DNA of 63,402 nt, filler included, from Reticulomyxa filosa (lineage: Eukaryota > Protista > Foraminifera), in assembly GCA_000512085.1 (NCBI GenBank). It is 25 parts of 25 records of this genome, joined end to end, with 100 filler letters (N's around TTAATTAATTAA, not from the genome) between each part and the next. Parts side by side here need not be neighbours in the genome. Positions count along the whole stretch, not along the records: positions 49,941 to 51,109 come from ASPP01010591.1; positions 51,210 to 52,592 come from ASPP01013580.1; positions 52,693 to 54,503 come from ASPP01019321.1; positions 54,604 to 55,852 come from ASPP01000585.1; positions 55,953 to 59,862 come from ASPP01007744.1; positions 59,963 to 62,234 come from ASPP01026500.1; positions 62,335 to 63,402 come from ASPP01033506.1; 18 more parts are not named here. One strand, given 5' to 3'. The notes under the pieces are model-generated. The model did no database searches. It was given only the letters and a program-made list of their open reading frames with translations, and was not told the DNA's origin. Within the stretch, counting starts at the first letter, position 1. Every line of letters starts with the position of its first letter. Both the position numbers and the translations under genes were made by a program. Shown here piece after piece: positions 49,979-63,370 of the stretch.

Positions 49979-51040
49979 AAATGGTTGTGTAGACGACAAG
50001 AATGTGGAAGACTACGACGTGATAGGCTTTGCAATGGCCTATCCCCATCCGAACTGTGTGCCATATCCGCCAAGCGTTTGGCAAATTGGTTTCTTGTGTG
50101 TGGACAGACACTTTCAAAATGGGCCCATTGTGGAAAAGCTTATTCAAACGATTGTTCAACTCATCAATCCAATCGTGTATGTTTTTTTTTTTTTGTTTTT
50201 TCCCTCTTTCCCTCCTCCCAAAGGTTCCACAATATATTATGTACATACACACATACACATATATATTTATATATATATATATATATGTGTATGTGTGCAA
50301 AAGAGATGAAACTCAAGGATCAACAGAGACTGCGAATGGCAACAAAAAACAAAAGAAACACGGTGCAATGTCAAAGAAGAAGGGGAAAGAAAATGAAATA
50401 GAAGAAGAGGCAGAAGAGGCAGATGATGAAGAAGCAGAAGCAGAAGCAGAAGCAGAAGCAGAAGAAAGAAATGACACTTACGCTTGGAACGAAAGACAAG
50501 ACAAATTTTCAAAGAAATACGGGATTGGCATTTACTCTCCCATCTATCACAAGCAATCGCAAAAACTGTATGAATCGCTCGGGTTTGTGAAGATTGCCAA
50601 AGTCGGGAATTATTACACAACCGACCACGAGTTGTTCAGCGAGCTCGTGAGCAGCAGGAGTCATTCGGACAAAGCCGACGACTACGTCGGGAAAAGTTTG
50701 TCCAAGGCCGACCCCCGTCACGACCAACATAGTGACTTTTCCGCCACGGACAGTGCCAACATGCATCGCATGGTAAGCGCTAGCGGCAGCGTTGGTGGCA
50801 GCGCTAGTGGGGACGATCGAGGTGGAGGCGAATCGAGAGATGCTTTTTTATATTGTTTGGGACATTTGTCACACATGAAGCTCTTGTTGGGACTGGAATG
50901 CTTTTCCTTTAGCAAATGGCCCAAATCAAATTCCACAGAGACTAATAATGGTCCTTTCCAATCTCAGCCTCAAAACATAACAACAGTGCAGTCGGACAAT
51001 CCTAACGTAGCCAATCCATTTGCAAGTTTTTATTCCAATA
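49977..51040 (+). CDS. GNAT-family acetyltransferase, partial, with an acidic insertion
   Basis: VIGFAMAY...WQIGFLCVDRHFQNGPIVEKLI (motif A-like), an intron, then SQKLYESLGFVKI (motif B). Confidence 0.7.
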
Positions 51041-51043
51041 TCT

Positions 51044-51086
<43 letters not shown>

Positions 51087-51209
51087 GTACATATATATAT
51101 ATATATATANNNNNNNNNNNNNNNNNNNNNNNNNNNNNNNNNNNNNNNNNNNNTTAATTAATTAANNNNNNNNNNNNNNNNNNNNNNNNNNNNNNNNNNN
51201 NNNNNNNNN

Positions 51210-51239
<30 letters not shown>

Positions 51240-51241
<2 letters not shown>

Positions 51242-52460
51242 ACTTTGTAACAAAATTGAAACTTTTTTTGGCTCTGAGTAGAAATTTAGGATGTAAAATT
51301 GTGGATATCCTTGGACAAGTATAGTACTTTTTTCGCATGGCAGTGGCAAGAATTTGCCATCGTTAGTTTTAATTGGAGGATCAACGAATGGCCGAACAGA
51401 CACCACTTCATCTCGAACGCATGATTTGGTCTCTGCTTGCTTTTTTTCACTAAAGTTGTAGTTATATTCAAATACTTGAGTGCATTGAAACTCGTTGCGT
51501 TGTTGTTCTTCGTCCTTTTTTTTTTTTTTTAAAAAAAAAGGGGGGGTTTAAGTTCAGAGGAAATTGTTGATGACAAATGTGAAAGAGAGAGAGAGAGTAG
51601 TTATTGTTATTATTTAAACTGTCAATTCCGTGGACAGATCAATGAGGGCAATAGCCTCCCTAATCCTTTTCTGGTCCACAAAAGGCAACAAAGCAATCCC
51701 TTCCCACAAAATGGTGGCGAAATCCATGTCAATTTGGAAAGAGGTTGGATACAAATCGGCGATGGGCGACTTAGGGTCAGTGATCAAGCGCTGAAAGCAC
51801 TTTGGCAAAAGACTGCCCGAGGCGACGGGTAACACTGCCAACAAGTTTTCCAAAGGAAGGCACGGCTCTCCTAACTTGAAGTCGAAGGTAAAGCTTTGAT
51901 CAACGGAGAGCATATCACTAACCAATGGAGCATAATGATGTGGATAAAACCAGTTCCAAGATAAAAGTCCTTGATAGTAGTAGTCCAACACCCATTGCAA
52001 GCCAGTAAAGTAATCTTTGCACAATTGCTCGCGATTCTCGGGGGCATCCATGGCGCTGTCCGTCCATCGTTGTTTGTAGTAGCGATCTTTATATGTCATT
52101 TCTTCCTTGGATTCCGTGTCATCACTTCCTAACAAATTGTTGTTGTTGTTGTTGTTGTTGTGTTTGTTTTAGCAATCATACATCTTGTGTGTGTGTGTAT
52201 TTGTCTTTGATGAGGGGAGGGGGGGAGGAAAAAAAAAAAAAAAACCTTTGCACATACCCTTGAGTAGCGTCAATCCCTCTTCAATTTCTTCGATAGTAGG
52301 CTCTTTAATGTCAGGATTGTGCTGTCGATTGCTGGACTTTTTCCAAAAGTCTTTCAAAAACTGCAACTGCTCGGTTAATTGAGCCGTTTCAATTGTCGCC
52401 AATTCCTTGAAATAAGTGAGTATACTTTCCATATTTAACTTGCCACGATACGTCAAGTAG
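51240..52460 (-). CDS. XRN1: 5'-3' exoribonuclease, internal part
   Basis: YFTGLQWVLDYYYQGLLSWNWFYPHHYAP, LLAVLP, SPIADLYPTSFQID and WEGIALLPFVD. XRN family is certain; XRN1 rather than XRN2 is a judgement. Confidence 0.88.
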
Positions 52461-52692
52461 TCTTAGTTAGTCCAATTTCACAAGCAAACAAAGAGAGAAT
52501 GAAAATGAAAATCTAAAGCTAAGTGTAAAAAAAAATATCACTTCAAATAAGCAAAAAGATATATACATATGCATATACATATATATATATATNNNNNNNN
52601 NNNNNNNNNNNNNNNNNNNNNNNNNNNNNNNNNNNNTTAATTAATTAANNNNNNNNNNNNNNNNNNNNNNNNNNNNNNNNNNNNNNNNNNNN

Positions 52693-53579
52693 AAATAAAT
52701 CAAATGAATTCAACAATTATAATCAATGGGTACCTTTCAAAGACAATAACAATCATCCAATTATCATTGGAAAAGATTATGATGATTATCGAGGAGTGTG
52801 TGCAGTGATAATTTGCTATTTATTACTTATAAATATAATAATATTCGTGTATTTAATTTAAATACATTTCACTTTATTAAATATGATGCTTTACCAACTG
52901 ATAGCTCAATATCCTTTCATTGTCTTATATTAAATCCAGAAAACAAACAAGAACAAGAAATGATGGATGCAAATAATAAAAAAAACAACGAAATTATCGA
53001 ATGCTTTTGTTTTGTTTCAATGCAGGATTATCAATTGAATATGATGAATATTACAACACTTTTCAATTTTGCCAACTACCAGTTTGTGATGATATTGCAC
53101 CGTTCAAATATTGTGCATATGTATGTATCAATGATGCCATCTTATTCTTTGGTGGATGGAATGATAAACTTAGTGCTAGTATTGTTGTTTCAAAATTGGT
53201 GCACAAGTATTCAATTCGAGAAAACAAATGGATGATATTTGAAAACACTTTACCCAGACCATTATATAATTGTGTTGCAGTATTTAGCTAAGAAAACAAT
53301 TATATACATATCATTGGAGGAAGAGATTATAAAAATAAAACAGTATCAATTCACATAAAGACTAAAGTGCGTGCATGGGGTCTTTCATCTTTGGTAATGA
53401 TTTATTTATTTATTTGTTTATTGATTAGACACAAATAGATTATATTGCATAAATAATAAAATGAATAGTCAAAAAATGAAATAAAATTGATTATTGAATA
53501 TTGGACTCGAACTTTAAAGATAAAATTAGGATGGATCAATGATTTTGATAAAATTATCATAAAATATATATATAAATAA
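52693..53579 (+). pseudogene. Kelch-repeat family pseudogene, paralogous to 32911-34815
   Basis: WVPFKDNNNHPIII, LLFITY, ILFFGGW and IHIIGG motifs. A frameshift near 53000, an in-frame TAA at 53289 and a terminal exon 53469-53579 (EYWTRTLKIKLGWINDFDKIIIKY). Confidence 0.85.
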
Positions 53580-54603
53580 ATTTAAAGAAGCAAAATTAAA
53601 ATAACTCAACCAAAAGTTTAATCGTGTTTGATCTTATTTTGCAAATTTAATTGTGTTAAAATATGTGATGTTGCCTTTTTATAAAAAAAATACTTTTGGT
53701 AAGATAAATTAGAAATTCTTTTAACTTTGACTTGTATTATCATCTAAAGAGATTTGTTTTCTCGAATTGAATATTTGTGTACAAATGACTGCTTTTATCA
53801 AAGTATTACAATTAACTTGCTGACAAAATTAGATCAAGACAAGTGCAAATTGATTCTATGTTTTGAAATCAGCAACACAATATGCTGAAGAAGATACAAT
53901 TAGTTAAAAGTATTGATAATTTGAGAAAAAAACTTATTCAAATCAATTGTCCGTTGTCGTTTCAATACAAATACAAAAAACCTAAGTGAGAATCAATTTA
54001 TTAAATATTTCAAAGATTAATGAGGCAATTGAGTAAATATTTTGAACAGTCATTGAATTTATTGTTAAATGAATTAGAATATGGCCATCCTGACGTTGTG
54101 ATTGAGGTAATTTGTAATTGATTATAATGAAAAGATTAAATATGATAAAATAAAAAAAACCTGACAAATGAAATGAAATATTTGATTTATTCTATGTTTC
54201 CAAATTTGGTTTAAACTAATAGTCAATTATTCTTTATTCAAATAATCACTTATATATTGTTTAGTTTTTGCTGTTTGTTAGTTAACAAAATCCAAGTCTT
54301 TACTGTAATAGAAGGAGCACTTTAGAAATGCAGAATGCACAATAGTCTGTGATTACTTTAAAATCATTTATTAAAAAATCTTGTCAACTATAATCAACAT
54401 TTCAAATTTTTAGGTTACTTCAAAAACTTTGGATTTTTTTTTAATTTAAAAAGAGAACTTTTTTATATCCAACCCCTTTTAAAAAATCTAAACTACATCA
54501 TAANNNNNNNNNNNNNNNNNNNNNNNNNNNNNNNNNNNNNNNNNNNNTTAATTAATTAANNNNNNNNNNNNNNNNNNNNNNNNNNNNNNNNNNNNNNNNN
54601 NNN

Positions 54604-54878
54604 AAAAAATCAACAATATCAGTCGCTACCACTAACAAAGTTAAACCAAAACAATATAAAATTGTTGAAACTTTCTTGTTGGTTTCCGGTCTTTTCGTTG
54701 CTTTCCGGGCCTTGCTCCTCGCGTACTTTTGGCGTGGGCGCGTTCAGCATCAGCGCATGTTTAGCCACGATGAGGGGAAGTATTTTGGCATTTCTGCACT
54801 CTCGGCATTTACCCCTATTGACTTTTAGTTAGTCAATGATGATGAAAGGGGATATTATTTTATTTTTATTTTTTTTTT
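54604..54878 (+). mobile_element. Second copy of the non-autonomous element seen at 35540-35990
   Basis: Shared blocks, about 2 tandem units, and the hairpin CCCCT-ATTGACT..AGTCAAT..AGGGG followed by poly-T. Confidence 0.65.
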
Positions 54879-55852
54879 GGAATTGGACAGGCATTACGAC
54901 CAACATTGGATCAGATATCGAGACTTGCATTGGAATATATAGGTAATCATTACATATTCCATTATGGAAGAGTGATTTCCTGATTACAAGTTTGTTATCA
55001 ATGCGTTATTTAACAAATGGGATCCAGACATCTATAAAGTAAACATCATTTAATGAGGATAATGTTTCAGAGATCTATTAGATTAAAATTCATGGCAATG
55101 ATAAAGTAGATCTTGTTGCAAATAACGCACGCAGAAAAGAGTTACAATGCAACAGATTTGATCCAACAACACAGATCAGCGGTATTTCTAAACAATCATG
55201 GATTGAAGCACTACTTTGCATAGCAATAGAATAGACATTGGATATTTGAAGGAGTGTATAATTTAAAACGTGTGATGCCATAACAGAAGGAAGAAGCAGT
55301 GAATAAATAAATATGTCCTGCTTTGATGAGTATCAACCTGCAAAAGCGATGAGACATTGGAAATTATGGACTGAAGATGTTGTCAAGATATTGAAAGACA
55401 GTGATATTCAGATTGGATATTCAATGGTAAAAGCGGAGCCATTTGACAAGGCAAATCAAGACTAAAATCGCATTTTAAACTATGCAGGAAATGCTACAGA
55501 TTGGACCATATTGTTCGTGAATGTAAGTATTGTGGATTAGCAAATCACGAAGCGGCAAAATGCTGACACAAGAATGATCCCGATAAGTTTTATGCTGAAA
55601 GCAGCATCCAGGCAAATACATTTGCAGAGCCATATTTGTCCATCAATTGCGATGTAATTCACTGTACCGTAAACATTCCATCAGAAATGCTCGACAGTAT
55701 CTTTTTCCTCACGCCAAATATAATCAGGAGAATCTATCTGATCTTTGGATGTTATGCAAATAATCATTCAATCCAACTTTGCCAATAATCAACCGACAAA
55801 TAATATTGCGTTCGCTAAATGTCAATGAATGCAATAAGCTTTCATGAAATAT
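54879..55852. mobile_element. Patchwork of LINE relics: RNase H (+, about 54880-55250) and C-terminal region (-, about 55700-55852)
   Basis: The GNDKVDLVANNAR region is homologous to 36000-36160. The minus strand reads ERNIICRLIIGKVGLNDYLHNI, like 9715-9800. Confidence 0.7.
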
Positions 55853-55952
55853 NNNNNNNNNNNNNNNNNNNNNNNNNNNNNNNNNNNNNNNNNNNNTTAA
55901 TTAATTAANNNNNNNNNNNNNNNNNNNNNNNNNNNNNNNNNNNNNNNNNNNN

Positions 55953-55983
<31 letters not shown>

Positions 55984-55985
<2 letters not shown>

Positions 55986-57284
55986 GATTGAAATGATAGC
56001 AGAGCCATATATATTGATAGCAATGTATCGTGTGTGGGAAAGGTCAAAGGTGATATTGGAAATGTTTGGGTTGTTTTCGAGAGCGGTGATATTGTGTGGA
56101 TTGTTTATGTTATCAAAGTGGTGGGCAAATGAGGAGCAGAATTCTCCGGAAGAAATTGTGTTGTTGGGATATGCGTACTCGCAATTGGCGTCGTCAATCC
56201 TTGTAGTCTTGGCATGGATACTCTACTACGTAGTCCTCATTTCCAAAGACAACAAGATTGACGATGAAAAAAAAAGTGATGGTTTTGCATCCTATCATGA
56301 TTTGCTTCCGACTTTGTTTTCGTGGAAGGCGATGGCCAATGTATGGAAGGATACACATTTGACATATGGCTTGCCTCAGTTTTTTGTGCAATCACTGATC
56401 AAATATGCACTGACAGAGGGTGACAAATTTGTGATGATTGCATTGCAAATGGATGACGAAACCAAAGGTGTCTTTGCATTGGTATCTGGTTTGGGGTCTT
56501 TGGTAGCAAGATATATGTTTGCGCCAATTGAAAAGCAAAGTTTGTATGAGTTTGGAAAGTTGCAATCGGAGACACGTGGTGATGATCATTCTTCTTCATC
56601 CAATGCACATGAAGACACATCGATTTTGGTCTTCCTCCTTTCTCTCATGCTACGTGTCGTCTCTGGTCTCTCCTTAATCTGCCTTACATTTGGCCCCAAT
56701 TATTCGTTCATGTTTTTCGATATCATATATGGACCCAAGTGGAGTATGCACAGTTGCGCCCCGGCCGTCCTCTCTTTGTATTGCTTGTATTTGCTCCTTA
56801 TGAGTGTCAATGGTATCACGGAGGCATATGTGTCCAGCCTCGTTCCGAGTGCCATTTACAACATTTGGCTGATTCTTGTCACTGCCATTTATTGGCTTTG
56901 TGTCATGTATGGACTCCAATGGTATGGAGCCAATGGCTTAATTGGCGCTCAGTGCGTCAATATGAGTCTTCGAATTGTTTAAATGCTTACCTCATTATTT
57001 CCAATCTCTCTTTCACACCTCTCAAAAAAAGCTTCTTTTCTTGGCCCGTTTATGCAACTCTACTTGTTGTCGCTGCATTCACCTTTGCTAGCAAACTCAC
57101 TTTTGTTTCTGCTTATCAGCTTCAATCCCAATGCTTTCTCGCAAACAAATGGCTTTGTTACATCGCTCATGCTGCATCTGCTTGCATTGGGCTTATCATT
57201 ATCGCTGCTGTTATGTGGAAATTTGAACAGCGCTTTTTGCTTTCTGTCAAAGCTTTACGTCAAGGAAATCTTAAAATGGAATGA
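55984..57284 (+). CDS. RFT1: RFT1 (Man5GlcNAc2-PP-dolichol translocation protein), 5'-partial, with a 1-nt frameshift near 56978
   Basis: QSLIKYALTEGDK, GVFALVSGLGSLVARYMFAPIE, FGPNYS and YCLYLLLMSVNGITEA. The TM-rich C-terminus continues in a shifted frame after a T-run. Confidence 0.9.
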
Positions 57285-57858
57285 TTATTGCAAAAAAATT
57301 TATTTCTTTTTTTTTTTTATTTTGATCGCATAGTTGCAAACATTTGCGTTTAAACTTATTGTTCAATCTTCCATACATTAAATCTTTAAATGTGGCTAGA
57401 CTTTGCAAGTTTTAATGTCAAAGTTTTTTTTTATTTTTGCAATCATCCACTGCAACAGTTTGTTCTGATAAACCGCAAACTTGCACAAGATACTGTAAAG
57501 TGACTTTTTTTTTTTTGTTCATGCATCTTTTTTTGAAATGGTTTTGAATAAGAGTTAGATTTGTCACGTTTGGAATATATGTGTATATGCATGTTTTTTT
57601 TTGTTTTTTTTTTTTTGCACTTTGGTACCTGCAGCAACAAAAGTTTGGTGTTTTCCTGACTTTGCACCAAAAAAAATTTATTAAACAAAAAAAAAAAGCA
57701 AAACAAAGCAAATACGGAAAACAAAACAAAACAAAAGACGCTATGGATCAAAAAAGTGTCGGAGATGGTGCCAAATGAAAAAGCCTTTTATGTGTAAGTA
57801 GTAATCGCAGAGAAAAGCGCAACAAACAACAAAGCAAACAACAGTCAAGTAAAGTTAG

Positions 57859-58576
57859 CTATACTGAAAAAGACTGTTCGCAGCCACAAGTGGATTTGAC
57901 ATTTGGATTGTCAAAGACAAACCCGGACCGCAAGTCGTCTTCTTTAAAATCGATGGTCGTTCCGAGTATGTAAAACAAAGCCCTATTGTCAACCACGACG
58001 TTCACACCATGTTGTATGATAATCACATCATCTTTTTCTCTATTCTTGTCTGTAGCGTAGCTAATCGTGTATTCCAGTCCATTGCACCCGCCTTTTTGCA
58101 CCCCGATGCGTATGCCATCCATGCCTGCTGTAGCTGTCGGAGCTACTGAGGCTGTAGTTGTGGTGGTTGTGGTCTCCTTTGATGATGCTGATGATGATTG
58201 TTTTTCTTTGTTTGTATCGCAATGCGATTGATTTGATTCAAATATTTTACGAGATGCTATCAACTCTTTCACTCTGTCCGCAGCTGTTTACATTATATTT
58301 TCAAATCTCCCTTTTTTTTTTTTTTTTTTTTTTTTTGCTAAAAAAAAAAAAGATCTTTCTTTTTTTTTAAAAAGTACCTCGGGGTGTGAGGTTGATAGGA
58401 TCTTTTGATATCCTTTGAATTCTTTGAGACAGCTTTGAAGAGTGAGATCGCGCTTCAGTTGATAAACATCTTTTCATTGCTTGACATACCATATTTGTGT
58501 TGGTCCCCAAATATGTTTTTTTCAAAATCAATGACTTTGTTGGATTGTTGTTTAAAAATGAAATTGTTGATAACAT
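57859..58576 (-). CDS. ISCA1: Mitochondrial A-type iron-sulfur cluster assembly protein; intron 58284-58377
   Basis: Presequence-like N-terminus, INLTPR|AADRVKEL, GIRIGVQKGGCNGLEY and FVFDNPNVKSTCGCEQSF. Confidence 0.92.
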
Positions 58577-59252
58577 TCTTTGTTTCACTGTTTGACATTG
58601 TTTTTTTTTTTTTGCATATGTTCCCACACAGACAACACACAGTTTTGTTCTTTGTGACACAAAAAATTCCCACGATTTCGTGGATTTTCAAGTAGTCCCG
58701 TCTTTGTCAAAACTTCTTGAAGTAGGAAGAGCGACAAGAAACGATAATTGATGGATAATAAAATTTTTTGGCTGAATTTTTTATTATTATTTATCTTTGA
58801 CAAACCTTTAGAAGTTCTGTACTTAGCTCATAAATTTTTACTGTTACCAGTAGTATTTTTCAACAAGAACTGTTCTAACCAGTTGGTGCAAAAATAATGT
58901 GATCACTTCGATATTAAAGTTACGATATGTTGTTGTGATAACTCTAATCAAAAAAAGAATAGTAAAACAACAAAATCGATAGAAAGTGTAAATAGAAGTA
59001 TGATGGGAAGAGTTTTTACATTTGTGCTTTGTCTTTATGTGATCGTTACATCATGTGCCACAATTCTTTTGAAACATTTTCAAACGTCTTTATTTTCGTC
59101 TATTAGAGTAAATTATGATGATACAACTATTAAAAAATATGCGTAAAAGAACGACACAAGGAGAGTGTTTTGCGACGTACGACATCTGAACTTGGTTTGG
59201 GTGTTTGACATAATTGATGATAAAAATAAGTGACCACCTTTGAATAATCTCA

Positions 59253-59790
59253 ATGAGTGATTTGATTGTTGATTATCGACAATTAGCTGTACCATATCAA
59301 GAAAATGGTGATGAAGAGTACAGTCTCGACCCACTGACGTTAAAAGAAAACCGTCCCGACCGCAAGTGGGAACCTTTCCGTGAGCGAGTGAACAGCATTG
59401 CATCGAGCAAGCCAGTATCCCAATATGAAATAGTAACTGGCGCAGCGTTGTCAAACGGGAAGCCAAAGGAAAATCGCATGGAACGAGTGTCACAAAACAC
59501 GAGCACATTACAAGTACCTTCAAGCCATCCACGTGTGGCAGAGGAAAAGGACGACAATTGGGATGACGCCAACGAGGCAAAAGGTGAAAGCGAGACATTC
59601 AAAAAAAACGAGCCTTGGGAAATTTCTATCATTCAATCGCTGGTATTTTCCACCATTAACGAAGGCATAAAAAAATCGTATCGAAGCATCAAAGGACCCC
59701 AAGACCCCACACAAGTGATGGAAGACACTTCACGACGTATCGCCAAACTTCGCGAGACACTGGACGACCCTCGTGCACAACATGTCGTTA
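59253..59790 (+). CDS. Hypothetical protein, first exon (3'-partial)
   Basis: ATG-initiated, coding-like hydrophilic ORF divergent from ISCA1 and running into a T/A-rich intron-like tract. No family recognised. Confidence 0.5.
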
Positions 59791-59811
59791 CGGCAATTAT
59801 TTATTTGTTTG

Positions 59812-59845
<34 letters not shown>

Positions 59846-62334
59846 CCAATGATTGAAAACGTNNNNNNNNNNNNNNNNNNNNNNNNNNNNNNNNNNNNNN
59901 NNNNNNTTAATTAATTAANNNNNNNNNNNNNNNNNNNNNNNNNNNNNNNNNNNNNNNNNNNNAATTATAGCAGATTTTAAGAATCATTCATTATAAGTTT
60001 GATTCTCACTAACCTTAACTGCCTCTTGATTTTTGTAGTTTGTAGCTTACACAAATTAAGAGGCTAAGTTGATGAGGCAATTTGCTAGCAACAATATCCA
60101 GTCAAGCAACAATTTTGTTTTTGATTTTTCCTTTTAGCTTTGGAAAAAGGTTGGAGGACTATTCCAAACTCATCATTTTGAATTTGCGCAAGTATCTTCA
60201 CAAAAACACAGCCTTTTCAAAAAAAAAAAAGAAAATTGACTAATACTTTCGATTCTAAAAGCATTTTCTAAAACTTTTTTTTATCGTCTGACGTCTTTCC
60301 ATTTCAGAGTGCCCTGAAAGAGAGGGGGCAAACGGAGAAGAAAAGCTTAAGTGAAGAACACAGTTGTTTCGCAGTAACATGAAGTTATTGTTAGTGTATG
60401 AAATTATATTGATGGTATTGCATGTATTAAAAGCATTTTACGTGGAAGCAAGTGCAAATAACGTGGCCAGAGCCAACTCAAACGAAAACGGCCAAAAAAA
60501 TTTAAATAATAAAGACGATATGTATATATTAATCATATCATGGAATATGTTGGCCAACCACTCTCTCAGTCAAATGTGGACATGTGTTCAATACCCACGT
60601 GGCCATAATAACGTAAGAATGTCGTCAGTGCAAATTTTCAATAATGGACCTGTGCACAAAAGTATACGTATTCTCAGAAGCATACAAATTATCAACCAAA
60701 TGCTGTCCAATGAGAATATGTTATACCAAAACGTTACAATAAATATTTCCACATATACATCTGGAATATCATCAATATCACACTCATTAATCTACAAATC
60801 AGCATTGTACAGGTATATAACAGTGATACAAAGATCTAATGAAAAAAAAAAATGTTCATGAAAAAAAAAAGGATGTATACGTATAGCAAGAAATAGTAAG
60901 GGGAAAGATAAATTGCATATATGATGGATTTAAATTAAAATGGATTTTTTTTTAAACAAACAAAAACACAGTGCGGTTGTAATTGTGATGACAAGCACAC
61001 CACCGTCGAATGGAATATGCAAGTGGGTTGGACAGACTGGAGCAAATAGAGCATTTGATGAATTGTTTATGACCAATTGCTCCAGTACCACGTTGGTGCG
61101 AACACCTAATTTGGTTATCAATAATATATGGAGCAGCAGCAATTTTGCATTTCCAATGTCCCGTGTTCTAATAAAAAAAAAAATGATATTCCAAATTCAT
61201 GCAAAGGCCAACGCACACATCCAAGCTATTGTTGCCAACAAGCGAAACTTCGTCATGAACCAAAAATTCGATATTTGCCAAGTCACGGTCCTATCAGCAA
61301 GCAATATTTTTGAAATGATGCTCGACACTTCAATGTTAGGTTCATTTTTTTTTTTAACAACTTTTTTTTAAAACAACAAACAAAAAAAAATTTGTACAGG
61401 TCGTACAATGTGGCGCAAAAAATGAAATATGGACGACATGGGCAAAATGGATGACAATGATGACAAGAACGACTTTAACAAATGGCCAGATCAGCTGCAA
61501 TTACCAGTGCAAATTTTAATGCAAATAAGTCGTCGTCATGGATCAGCACCTGCCTTTAATGTGGAAGAAGCGCTGTTGGCGCAAAGAAGGATGTAGGCAA
61601 TACACAACTGACGAGCAATTAAATTGCAAGTCAGTGGTGATGCAAAATCCTTTTTTGTACAGCAGAGCTGCTTTCACCAAGGCTTGGTCTATCCAATAGC
61701 AATTATGCTACCACTCCATGCCTCACTCAATTGATCACATATCTCGCCATGCACACTTGCTTGTCCACAAACTGATTTTGCTCCTACTCAATTGGCAACA
61801 GCGCAAGTCTTTATGGGGAACTTCGTTGATAAGCTCCGAACAAACTCAGAGCGCCTTCCACAGCAATGCTCGATATATGTTGTCATTCAAGTTTATTTTT
61901 TATTTTTATTTTTGTCGTAATAATAACATACAAATATGGTTTTGGTTATCACGTGTATAGATTAAAAAAAATGGAACAGCGATTGCAAACGATTGGATGA
62001 AAAGAAAGAAGAATACGGGGTAGAAACCACCCCGTCTCCGAAAGGAGAAATACAGGTTTACTCTATCTATCTTTTTTTTAAAATATGTTTAAGTGTTGTA
62101 TTGTGTGTGTGATATAGGTTCCCCCGTCCGCAAAGATCGTTACAAATATACTTCCCTCCCTTCACACAAAAGAAAAAAAAAAGAAGGGATCGCAATCTAA
62201 TCCTGTATCCTCAATGAGGAATAATGGTTTGTGANNNNNNNNNNNNNNNNNNNNNNNNNNNNNNNNNNNNNNNNNNNNTTAATTAATTAANNNNNNNNNN
62301 NNNNNNNNNNNNNNNNNNNNNNNNNNNNNNNNNN

Positions 62335-62368
62335 ATTTCCCCTCTCCGATCCGACGGAGAGGGGAAAT
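62335..62368. repeat. GC-rich palindrome (REP-like or terminator hairpin) on the bacterial contig
   Basis: ATTTCCCCTCTCCG / CGGAGAGGGGAAAT is a perfect 14-bp stem with a 6-nt loop. Confidence 0.75.
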
Positions 62369-62565
62369 CCGTCATGACCGCTGACCTATTTCGGGCCCGG
62401 TAGGTCCAGGCCTCGGGTTAGGGGGGGTGCCGGAGCCGAAAAATCTGTCGTCGCCGGCCTCGCTACATATTGATGCCGGAAACGCTTCCGGCGCACAACA
62501 ATACAATAGGTTCCAAGAGCCTTTTGGCGATTCCGAGTCATCGTTACGGATTCGTAAATTTCTCG

Positions 62566-62594
62566 TTGACGGTCTGAAGGGGTACCCATATAAG
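62566..62594 (+). promoter_or_regulatory. Sigma70-type rRNA operon promoter
   Basis: TTGACG (62566-62571), a 17-nt spacer, then TATAAG (62589-62594), about 290 nt upstream of the 16S gene. Confidence 0.75.
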
Positions 62595-62879
62595 CCCGGC
62601 TCCCGACGACGAGCGGGGCCGCCGAGAGCGCTTCAGAGATTGAGGCGCACGGGTCGAAAGATCCGGGGGTAGCGAAGCTCGACGAAGGTCCCGGCCCGAG
62701 GGTCGTGTGTTCTATGCATCGTTTGTTAGGAAAGGGATACGCCGGCGGCGGCGATCATGAAGTGCTTCGGCATGGAATGTTTTCGTCGTCGCTAGTTCGG
62801 AAATTCGACGTAAGTTGGATAGAGTAATTAGTGACGGGATCTCGCTCTTCTAATTCTTCGGAATGATGAAGAGTACGTT

Positions 62880-63153
62880 AAACTTGAGAGTTTGATCCTG
62901 GCTCAGAACGAACGCTGGCGGCAGGCTTAACACATGCAAGTCGAACGCGTGTAGCAATACACGAGTGGCGCACGGGTGAGTAACGCGTGGATATCTGCCT
63001 TTTGGTTCGGAATAACTCCGGGAAACTGGAGCTAATACCGGATGGTTCCTACGGGATAAAGATTTATCGCCAAAAGATGAGTCCGCGTACGATTAGCTAG
63101 TTGGTGAGGTAATGGCTCACCAAGGCGACGATCGTTAGCTGGTCTGAGAGGAC

Positions 63154-63227
<74 letters not shown>

Positions 63228-63370
63228 GGCAACCCTGATCCAGCCATGCCGCGTGAGTGATGAAGGCCTTCGGGTTGTAAAGCTCTTTTGGCGGGGACGA
63301 TGATGACGGTACCCGCAGAATAAGCCCCGGCTAACTTCGTGCCAGCAGCCGCGGTAAGACGAAGGGGGCT

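Noticed and set aside
56970-56985. Programmed frameshift or pseudogenisation of RFT1; similar shifts near 24845 and 32125
   Set aside because: A single-base shift at a short homopolymer in an otherwise intact conserved gene is more simply a sequencing error. Reads are needed to decide.
60364-61960. ORFs of 140-165 aa on the + strand
   Set aside because: They look like antisense shadows of a decayed minus-strand gene with stops. No product can be assigned.
7058-62334. Regularly recurring TTAATTAATTAA motif flanked by Ns, and apparent gene neighbourhoods across it
   Set aside because: It is an artificial six-frame-stop concatenation linker. It is not a biological repeat, and synteny across it is meaningless.
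62386-62672. Short ORFs on the bacterial contig
   Set aside because: They overlap the rRNA promoter and leader and show no protein motif.
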